Below are positions 53,875-64,000 of a DNA stretch of 64,000 nucleotides, in pieces. Position numbers and translations under genes: made by a program. How positions within the stretch are numbered: the first letter of the stretch is position 1; the number at the start of each line of letters is the position of its first letter. Where the stretch lies: assembly GCF_006345805.1 (NCBI RefSeq), contig NC_042998.1, positions 133,858,001 through 133,922,000 on the forward strand, written 5' to 3'. The notes beneath the pieces were generated by a model, which searched no databases, was not told the origin of the DNA, and was given only the letters and a program-made list of their open reading frames with translations. The stretch is from Octopus sinensis. Taxonomy: Eukaryota.

Positions 53875-54190
53875 GTGAAGGCGCGTGTTTAGGACATTCG
53901 GCTCACGATTGTAAGGTCGTGAGTTCGATTCCCGGCGACGCGTTGTGTCCTTGAGCGAGACAATTTATTTCACGTTGCTCCAGTCCACTCAGCTGGCAAA
54001 AATGAGTTGTACCTGTATTTCAAAGGGCTGGCCTTGTCACACTCTGTGTCACGCTGAATATCCCTGAGAACTACGTTAGGGGTACACGTGTCTGTGGATT
54101 GCTCAGTCACTTGCACGTTAATTTCACGAGCACGCTGTTCCGATTATCGTATCAGCTGGGTCCCGCGTCGTTGTAACCGACGGAGTGCTC
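53875..54190 (+). mobile_element. SINE family C
   Basis: tRNA-like head GAGTTCGATTCCC, GTGTCCTTGAGC core. Confidence 0.85.
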
Positions 54191-54371
54191 CTATATATGT
54201 GTGTGTATATATACACACGCACACAAATACGTACATACATGCATACATACACACACGTATTCATACAGCGATACATACATACATACATACATACATACAT
54301 ACATACATACATACATACATACATACATACATACGTACGTACGTACATACATACATACATACATACATACA

Positions 54372-54405
<34 letters not shown>

Positions 54406-54799
54406 CATAATCTTTACTTAGAATTAATTTATTCTATTGGAGATCTTTACTAAGTACTGCTGGAGTTTGTTTTCAATTCTATTGAAAAAGTCTATTCACA
54501 TGTTATTAGCCATGAATATATGTATATCGGTGTGGAATGACAGAATCAGTACCCATTTATATTGTTTCAGTTACACAATATGTCTAGTTATTTATCGTTT
54601 GTCAATATGCACTGTGACATTGTACTATAAAATATAGACACACGCTAAAATATGGCGCCATGTGTGGAAAATATTGGATTACGGCAGTTAAGTAAAAGGA
54701 GTATCTTAAAAGAAAATTAGAACAGAGGCTCTTAAACTAAAAAATGCCAACCCTACCCCACTATAAGGGATTTTTTTTATACCACTCTCTTAACAATTA

Positions 54800-54937
54800 T
54801 TGCTTGTTTTGGCACAACGGCAGCAATTTTAAGGGGAAAGGCAAGTTGATTACATCGGCCCAGTATTTCTCTGGTATTTTATCGACCCTGAAATGATGAA
54901 AAGCAGAGTCAACCTCGGTGGAATTTGAAAACAGAAC
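54800..54937 (-). mobile_element. SINE family A fragment, head-to-head with a family B copy
   Basis: Core match. Confidence 0.75.
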
Positions 54938-54942
54938 ATACA

Positions 54943-55343
54943 CGCGCAGGAGTGGCTGTGTGGTAAGTAGCTTGCTTACCAACCATATGGCTCCAGGTTC
55001 ATTCCCACTGCGTGGCACCATGGGCAAGTGTCTTCTACTATAGCCTCGGGCTGACCAAAGCCTTGTTAGTGGATTTGGTAGACGGAAACTGAAAGAATCC
55101 CGTCGTATATATGTATATATATATATGTATGTGTGTGTATATGTTTGTGTGTCTGTGTTTGTCCTCCCAACATTAATTGAAAACCGATGGTGGTGTGTTT
55201 ACGTCCCCGTAACTTAGCAGTTCGGCAAAAGTGACCGATAGAATAAGTACTAGGCTTCCAAAGAATAAGTCCTGGGGTCGATTTGCTCGACTAAAGGTGG
55301 TGCTCCAGCATGGCCGCAGTCAAATGACTGAAACAAGTAAAAG
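54943..55343 (+). mobile_element. SINE family B
   Basis: Full-length match. Confidence 0.92.
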
Positions 55344-56106
55344 GAAAAAAGGGAAAAAGAGACATACCAGGCGTGCAAACGCTTCATTCAGCTCGCTGCC
55401 TTGCCTTTTCTTAATAATCCTTTCTGAAATTTTTTGAGGCAGAGTGCAAGCCGATTGCACCGACCCCAACAACAGGTACTTATTTCCCTAATGACGAAGG
55501 AAATGCCGCGAAGCATTTTGTCCGACGAGCTAACGGTTCTACCAGCTCACTGCCTTGCCATCCCTCGTTAAAGAAAAAACAAAATAGAGTTGGCAACTAA
55601 ATAATTCTTCTTTCCTTTCCAAGATGTTGAGCACGTTTTATTGCTTTAAAATCATCATAATTTACCACCCAGTTTTCAATGTCTTCAAATATTTCTAAGG
55701 CTAGCCTGCCTCCACCACATCATAAAAATACTGCACTGTAGGAAAATACCCAGGTCTGCACGAAAGCCACATGGTAAGGCTTATGTTAACATACATATTG
55801 TACAAAGCCAAGAAAAGTTAAAATTAGATCTATTCTGAATGATGAAGAATCATTATCTTAAAATTCCACGATCTGACACGCTCCCCACTCTGCATTACCA
55901 ACATTGTATTTTTAATTACTTCTCATTAATTGTAATTACGAAGTAGTCTTCTATGCCTTCATGATGAGAATACATCATTAAGCTGGCTAATGATTCTTTC
56001 TTCTCACCATGGGCGTCAAATTAATTAACTGAAATTTCTTGTTTCACAATTTTGAATATATAAACACCAACCTTACTATTTATATCAGGACAGAAGATGT
56101 CAGAAT

Positions 56107-56245
56107 CGCTAGAGTGTTGGTATTTCTCCCGGCCCTTTACGTTTTAAGTTCAAATTCCGCCGAAGTCGACTTTGCCTTTAAGGTCGATAAAATAAGTACC
56201 AGTTGAGCATTGGAATTGAGGTAATTGACTAACCTCCCGCCCTTA
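56107..56245 (+). mobile_element. SINE family A fragment
   Basis: GTTCAAATTCCGCCGAAGTCGACTTTGCCTTT core. Confidence 0.75.
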
Positions 56246-56712
56246 AAAAACTGCTTGATCAACACGTAAAACTATTATTAGTTCGCACAGTGTGGTTGTA
56301 TCACATTTGATTTTCCTCTATCTTTATCTCTTAAAAAATGGGAGGAAGGTAGAAAGTACTTTTCGAAGAAGATGAGCGGTTCTAAGGAAAGAAGCATTTG
56401 GGAGTTTTCGCATTTATGTCTTCACATGTAACCATTCCAGTTGATACCAAAGCTGGGGTGTTTTTTGTTGTTTTTCTTTTGTTTTGTTTTTTTGGTGGTG
56501 GAGGTTATGTTTCGGGAATGAAGCCAATAATCTCGATAACTGGCAAGACTTATGTTTCTTCAGCTAAACACCCCTGCATCTTTGATATTTCCACATTTAA
56601 TTGTGTATATTTTGAGATACTTCTTATTTGCAATGCTTTTGTATGAAGGAATTGCATTATAGGCTCCTGGACAAATCGATGCACTGAACCCTAAAGTATT
56701 TATTTATTGACA

Positions 56713-57140
56713 TAGGCGTAGGAGTGACTGTGTAGTAAGTAGCTTGCTTACGAACCACATGGTTCCGGGTTCAGCTCCAGTGCGTGGCACCCAGGGCAAG
56801 TGTCTTCTACTGTTGCCTCGGTCCGACCAAAGCTTTGTGAGTGGATTTGGTAGACGGAAACTGAAAGAAGCCTGTCGTACGTATGTATATGTGTGTGTGT
56901 GTGTTGTGTTGTGTGTGTGTGTGTGTGTGTGTGTGTTTTGTGTGTCTGTGTTTGCCCCCCCTAACATCGCTTGACAACCGATGCTGGTATGTTTACGTCC
57001 CCGTAACTTAGCGGTTCGACAAAAGAGACCGATAGAATAAGTACTAGGCTTACAAAGAATAAGTCCTGAGGGTCCATTTGCTCAACTTAAGTCGGTACTC
57101 CAGCATGGCTACAGTCAAATGACTGAAACAAGTAAAAGAG
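56713..57140 (+). mobile_element. SINE family B
   Basis: Full-length match. Confidence 0.92.
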
Positions 57141-57924
57141 CTAGCCACAACATACGTAGATCAGAATTGGACCCTTAGATCCGCGAGGCCATGGGCAACT
57201 GTTTAGTATGCCTATGCCTTAAGACGGCACTGTTGCAACATCTGAGTCGTCCTTTTTTTTTTCCATGTTATATGTTATCTGGTGTCTATCGATGTTCGAT
57301 CATTCTGTTTGGACATCACTGTCCTACAGAATCTTTGCTTTATTAGGTTATTATAGCACCTTTTCTTGTACAAGTTCGCACCACTTTTCTGAAGTGTTAC
57401 GTTCGAATTCTTTTTTAATTGCTAGTGCAAGCACACAGAAAGACTTTATCAAGCTGTATTCTTTCTAAGATAATGTTGTACAAGCTGCTGCAATGTAATC
57501 AATATTTTCTTATCACAGATTACGTAAGTGGCATTTATACGCTGAAGCAGTAAAATAAACACCCTTAATCACTGAATTAATGCTTAGTGTTTGATTTTGA
57601 ACAGTAACCGACGAGCTCACTTTCTCTCTTTAAGTCCCTTCTCTGAAGCCACTCTCATAAGAAGTTAACATTTTAGTATTCTTGGTTCCCGTGGAACTAT
57701 CTATGTATCTGCAACTCCTCTATCGCTTCTTCCTTTTCGCATATTATCCTACTTTGGAATACAAGCTTTGCTTCAAGTTCAACACCAGAATATTTAATGA
57801 CAGCATATTCAAGTGTTTCTTCACTTTTCCAAAGAAGTCGGTTATTGAAATTTGCTCTCCATTTACACAGTCGAAAGTGCTAACAAGTCCTTTTTCATAT
57901 ATCTGCCTATCTGTCTGCATGACT

Positions 57925-58275
57925 GTCTACACTTCTCTTTCTTTCTCTCTCTCTCCCTCTCTCTTTCCCTTTCTCTCTCTCTCTCCCTCTCCCCTTCTTT
58001 CCTTTTCTCTCTTCCCTCTCTCTTTCCCTTTCTCTCCATCTCCCTCTCATTCTCTCTCTCTCCTTCTATCTCTTCCGCTCACTCTCTCTCTCTCTCTCTC
58101 TCATTCTCTTCCTCTCTCTCATTCACTTCCTCTCTCTCTTTCTCTCTCTCCCATTCTCTCTTCTCTCTCTCTCTCCTTTTCTTTCTCTCTATCTCTCCCT
58201 CGCTCACTCATTCTCTACCTCTCTCATTCATTCTCTCCCCCTCTCTCTCTTTCTCTCCCTCTCTCATCTTCTATT
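57925..58275. repeat. Degenerate (CT)n polypyrimidine tract
   Basis: Direct. Confidence 0.9.
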
Positions 58276-59985
58276 TCATGTATAAATAACTGATACAATT
58301 GTCTCCGGATGAAGCACTCTGTGTAAGGTTAGGATTTTTCCCTCCTTTCTGTCCAATGCAACTATTTCATACGTCGCTCAATTCACTATTCCAGCACTAC
58401 AACGCAGAACGGTGATCCTAAAGGAGCTGAACGCATTTATTAAATTTTTAAAATATAACTTTGGAGTTTTAAAAAAAAAATTTTCAAATATATTGCTGTT
58501 AGTGTTTCCTTATTTCCTTGGGCATATCATCGAATTTTTATATGCCTTGATACTTGTAGCCATTGTTATCGGGTTCTCAAATACGTTCTTCCGTCAAAAC
58601 CATTCCATTAAATGAAACCTCTTCATTGTTTTCACGTCTAAAGTCCCATCTTATATGACTAACTTTATTCCAATATCTGCAACACACCTTTACTCTTTTA
58701 GGAAGTGAAATGATCTCATTCACTTACTTGGGAAATATCTTTAAGTCAACCTTGAAGAGCAGATGATTAAGGAAGATGCAATGGGAATGAACCTGCGGCC
58801 GTGCTGTCGACAACTAATGTTGATGAAAGAGTAAAGTAAATATCAATAATTTGTAAAAAGATAAAATTTATTATGATTTCTATCATTTGTACAACACAAC
58901 AATTTTGTTTGAGTGGAAGAGTCTATTAAAGTCAATTATATCGACCTCAAATCGTACTAATTTTATTAAGCCTGAAAATAAGAAAGGTAAATTTGACTTA
59001 GACGTGACCACATCGTGCTTTGCTGTAACGATATCGGTCTGCTTTCAATGTAAACAGACATAACTAAATGCCTGCAACGCATTTTATCCGAATCTGAACC
59101 AATTCTGCCAATAATGGTTAAGCTCTAATCAGAATTTCCACTAAAAACAACATTAACCTCAGTAAAAGAAATAAAAATGACATATATTCACCAAAAATAA
59201 AGCAATCAAAAACAGCTTATCAAGAGCGGAAGAATGTTATTATATCTTGCGTATTTACTTCACTGGAAACTTGTCACTGTATGAATATTGAATATTACAA
59301 AAGCAGAATATCCGATAATTATGCCACCACTTGTCTGTAATGCCAAGAAATGGAAAAATAACATCATAAAACATCATATCAGCAAACCGAAAGCTTCTAC
59401 AGATTACACATATATCTCTGAAATAGTCTAAATAATGAACATCAGATTATGTGTTTCTTCTCTGTTCTCTCATTTGCTCTCTCTTTCTCTTTCCAACACT
59501 TTATAATCATGCATACATGCATACATACACACATACATACACACATACATACATACATACATACATACATACATACATACATACATACATACATACGCAA
59601 GCGCACACACACACGCACACATACAACACACACACACATACACATTAAAATGTGGTTTCATGAATCAGTTTACGAAAGTGCTCGATAAATTCATACAAAA
59701 ATATCGAAATTAGAACATAATGTAAACAATGGAGGACGGAAAAACAAATAAAAAGAAAAAAACAGATATATTAAATAAATATTATGCGTGTGCGCACGCA
59801 TGTGTAGTATGTAAAGATTTGTATGCATATACGCGCGCGCGCACACACACATACACACATATATATATGTATATATATATGTATATATATATGTGTGTGT
59901 GTGTGTGTGTATAGACACACACACACACAAACGAACACACAGACTTTATCTCTTTCTCTATCTCCACTCATCACTTCCTTCCTCT

Positions 59986-60031
<46 letters not shown>

Positions 60032-60825
60032 CAATTAGCGGAGGCAAGACCCATCAGATGGGTTTTGCTTTGAAATCATTTGCAGTCGTTTCGTTGTGGC
60101 CCTGAATAAACTGTTTTCCGCTTAAAATTAGTATTCAGTGCTCAAACCTTGCTTAGATCAACTTTACTTCTCGTCTCATCACATTTGTGGCATAAAATGA
60201 TGTGGGACACAACGAAGTATATTGAAAGTGATTCAGAGAGAGCACCATTAGTTGATGCTGCGATGATACGACTCTACAAGAAGCTTTTGATCCAAGAAGC
60301 GAGAAATGAATGGTAACACCCCAGTGCTGCGTATTATTTTCCATGAAAATTACGAAGCTGCTTCACCATTGGTGAGTGACAAAGTAGAACATGTGCCCTG
60401 TAGATTTGGCTGTACCAAAGGGTAGGGAGGAAGGAGAGTTACAAAAGGTGTTGGAGAACTGTTGGTTAAAGCCACCACTTTTGAAATAATGTACTATTAC
60501 AAGGAAAATTGCAATGTTAAAAATTTTGCAAGATTAGAAATATTACAAGGTCAGAAATACTGCCTACCTTTGGAATGGAACTCTCTGTGACATATTTTAA
60601 AAGATCAGGGGAAATTCTAGTATAGGAAGAAAGAAGAAAGCCTGGGGAGTTTGATGTGCAACGAGAATAATTCTGGCGCATATTGTATGAAAGTAATGGC
60701 AGGGACACTTTCTACACTATGTGTCGGACTGATGTATGTGGAAGTGCTACTGCTTTTATTGTCATTTTTACTGGGTCACATCTAATTAAACAGAACTTTT
60801 ATGAATATGTATATCACAGTATGTG

Positions 60826-61040
60826 TAGGCGCGTGGCTTAGTGGTTAGGGTGTCAGCATCATGATCGTAAGATTGTGGCTTCGATTCCTGGACCGAGTAA
60901 CGCGTTGTGTTCTTGAGCAAAACACTTCATTTCACGTTGCTCCAGTCCACTCAGCTGGCAAAAATGAGTAACGCTGCGTCGGACTGGCGTCCCGTCCAGC
61001 TGGGGAGCACATACGCCATAGAAACCGGAAAACCGGGCCC
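60826..61040 (+). mobile_element. SINE family C head with a V-SINE-like 3' domain
   Basis: GGCGCGTGGCTTAGTGG A-box-like and GCTTCGATTCC B-box-like motifs; GGACTGGCGTCCCGTCCAG resembles the V-domain (from memory). Confidence 0.8.
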
Positions 61041-61822
61041 ATGAGCCTGCCTATGCTTTAAAATATCGCATTTATTTTTATTTTATATCACAGTATGCAT
61101 TGTCCTAATCTATACCTTTTTTTATCTAATGATAAGATGGATTTGAGGGGGATTTAGCTGCTATTTCAAACAAGTCTAATGATCGCATCGAGGTTGTTTT
61201 AACATTGATAGTGTATGTTTACATGGTGCAGAGTTTGGGAAAATAGAAATAGTTTGGTAGGGAATTTATCAAGTGTGTGAAGTGTGGTATTCGATACACA
61301 TCAAGCGGTGAACATGGAAGCCTTCTCCAAAAAATGTTGTTTACTAAAGCATTATGGTTAAGAATATTGTATAGGAGAATTTCATAATCTTGAAGGGAAC
61401 ATTTTTGGCAATGATGTAAAAGGGAAACCTACAGTTTATTTATTTATTTATTTTAGGTGTGGTTTATTTTTTGGAAAGAGTTTACAGACATAATTTTCGG
61501 ATGACAGACTGTCTTACAGGTGTTGCGATGATGAGAGCGCCTAAAAGAGTTGTAAAGACTGAACTCTCCGACGTCGATGATTTCAGAGAGGAATGATGAG
61601 AAGCAGATGTTCTTGATGCCGGGCGTGAGATAGCTGAAGTGTCGTTAGTGATTAATGAAATCACGAGACTGATAAAGGCAATAGCTGAGTTTAAGGGTGT
61701 GAAAAAAGGAGACTTTGACCCAGAAATTTGATTACAGTACTTTTAACTCCCACATCATCTTTCTGTTTTGGCAAAAGTAATAGGAATTCTGCGAAAGTTA
61801 CTTGGGATATAAAAGACTCCAT

Positions 61823-61869
<47 letters not shown>

Positions 61870-61873
<4 letters not shown>

Positions 61874-62167
61874 GTTGTCCGGAAAGTTCGTGCCGATTTA
61901 TAGTAGCTTAACTTTCGACTTATTTTAGAACATGGTTGAGTCCATAAAATAGGATTTGACTACACCTCCATTTAGAGCACAGATTAAGCTATCTTTTCGT
62001 GGAAGAAGGTTTATGTTCCTATAACCTGTGTTAATTCTGTAACCCTTTACAATGGAAGATAAGAAAGTTGATTTTCGGCACTTGATGCTTTGGGAACCAG
62101 ACAAGAATTGCTGCAGCTCGGCTGGATGTGTTACCACACTCTCCATATTCACCAGATATTGCTCCTT
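61870..62167 (+). mobile_element. Internally deleted mariner transposon (left TIR plus transposase pieces)
   Basis: TA followed by TTGGGTTGTCCGGAAAGTTCGTGCCGATTT; MEDKKVDFRHLMLWE fused to LLQLG(W)xVLPHSPYSPDIAP (YSPDLAP motif). Confidence 0.85.
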
Positions 62168-62400
62168 TAACAACTGATGAAGGGTCGTTCTTTATGTTAC
62201 TTGTCTTGTTTTCAAATTGTTTCTTCCGTTGTTCGCAAAAAATGTTCGTATTCCATGTTTTCATGTTTCGCATTTCATGTTGTTTTCGTATTTCATGTTG
62301 TTCATGTTTTATGACGTCATGTACCCATATATACATATGTATATACATATATATGTAAGTATGTACATATATATATGCATATGTATATTATTTATATTAT
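62168..62400 (+). mobile_element. Family D diverged copy
   Basis: CAACTGATGAAGGG start and GTACCCATATATACATATGTATATAC end. Confidence 0.7.
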
Positions 62401-62407
62401 ATATATA

Positions 62408-62458
<51 letters not shown>

Positions 62459-62785
62459 TTCTCTCTCTTTCTATTGTCCTTTATTGCTCTTCCTTCACTT
62501 AATTTTACATTACTCATATATACATACATATATATATATATATATATATGATGCATGTATGTATATACTTGTATATACATATATACATCTCTTTATTTAT
62601 ATATAACTTTACAACACGTGTGTATATGTATGCGTGTGTGTGTGTGTGTGTTTCTAATTTCAGGTACGCATTGTTTCTTCTGTTTCACACTCACACATCC
62701 AACAGCTGTTCAAGAACATAAACACACAAACACGTACACAAACATGCGTACATACACCTTTTTCTCGCACATGAACACCCTAACA

Positions 62786-62825
<40 letters not shown>

Positions 62826-63062
62826 GAAGTAAAAAATATTTTTGAAATAAAGTGCACACAATAGTAATAAAACCTGAAAAACCTACCCTGACAGCTATCT
62901 CAAGTGAAGCAAGCAGACAATACCAATATCCTGACGATGTTATAACCACTCCTGATCACCTAATATACAATACAGGAAAACCGTCACGCAGAAACCAAAG
63001 ACACATAGGCATATTCACATCTGTGATTACGTTATAAGGATATGGGCTATTCTGTATGTATA

Positions 63063-63121
<59 letters not shown>

Positions 63122-63384
63122 TATATATATTATATATACATTTACACATACACACACACACACACTAACACGCTATAGAAATCCATCCATACATAGCTAA
63201 ACTTATATGTGTGTACGTGTGCGCATGGGTGTATGAGTGTGTATGTGTGTGTTTGCACTGATCAAAACGTGCATATATAACCAAAGTTACGATGAAATTG
63301 AGTAAATATTGAGGATCGCAGGATATTCTCGACAGTGCAGTATCAATACGCCAATCACACTTACACAAACACATACATATATTA

Positions 63385-63441
<57 letters not shown>

Positions 63442-63530
63442 TAATTAATCCAAGCAAAAAAGCACAAAAAAGCACAACAACGCGAGGACGCGGAAAAATA
63501 TAGTATTATTGGACGCTCAGGAAAGAAGGA

Positions 63531-63570
63531 ATGTTTAACGTTTCGAGCGAGAGCTCTTCGTCGGAAACAT
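63531..63570 (-). ncRNA. Minimal hammerhead-like motif (family E-related, core CCGACGAA)
   Basis: Minus strand: ATGTTT-CCGACGAA-GAGC tctc GCTC-GAAA-CG-TT|AAACAT. Confidence 0.65.
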
Positions 63571-63625
63571 AGGAGAAGGAAAGATCCAGAGAAGGGAAAA
63601 AACTCGCCAACGGTACACACACGGT

Positions 63626-63725
63626 NNNNNNNNNNNNNNNNNNNNNNNNNNNNNNNNNNNNNNNNNNNNNNNNNNNNNNNNNNNNNNNNNNNNNNNNNNN
63701 NNNNNNNNNNNNNNNNNNNNNNNNN
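63626..63725. other. Assembly gap (100 N)
   Basis: Direct. Confidence 1.
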
Positions 63726-64000
63726 ACAAGGACAGACAAACGGATGAAGTCGATCATATCGGCCCCATTGCGTAACTGGTACTTAATTTATCAACCCCGA
63801 AAGGATGAAAGGCAAAGTCGACCTTGGCGGAATTTGAACTCAGAACATAAAAAAGACGAAATACCTATTTCTTTACTACTCACAAGGGGCTAAACACAGA
63901 GGGGACAAACAAGGACAGAGCAAACGGATTAAGTCGACCATATCGACCCCATTGCGTATCTGGTACTTAATTTATCGACCCCGAAAGGATGAAAGGCAAA
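63726..64000 (-). mobile_element. Tandem partial units of SINE family A
   Basis: The core ATCGACCCCGAAAGGATGAAAGGCAAA occurs twice. Confidence 0.88.

Noticed and set aside
56500-56570. CTGAAGA...GAAACATA on the minus strand
   Set aside because: Stem I and the base of stem II do not pair.

Overview
Repeat-dense, AT-rich eukaryotic genomic DNA with no confidently identifiable host gene. The tRNA-derived SINE families and the extreme microsatellite load suggest a cephalopod, probably Octopus (inference). It is intergenic or one large intron, and has a 100-N gap at 63626-63725. Almost all long ORFs in the track are microsatellite artefacts. Real coding remnants are all transposon-derived: a young 5'-truncated CR1 LINE (14411-15215) and decayed CR1, Tx1/L1, R4/Dong-type, Helitron and mariner fragments. 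The main unannotated signal is a dense population of type I hammerhead ribozyme (HHR) motifs. I found about 14 full-length or variant motifs plus several half-motifs, in at least 8 sequence-distinct short non-coding repeat families. They share a CUGANGA...GAAA core, covarying stems I and II, and a self-complementary stem III. Many sit next to (AT)n tracts, in tandem or inverted (fold-back) arrangements typical of Penelope-like elements and retrozymes. The best case is a near-identical ~590-bp tandem repeat (1680-3268) with one intact HHR per unit, which would release a 592-nt monomer. All structures were paired by eye; none was computed or tested.
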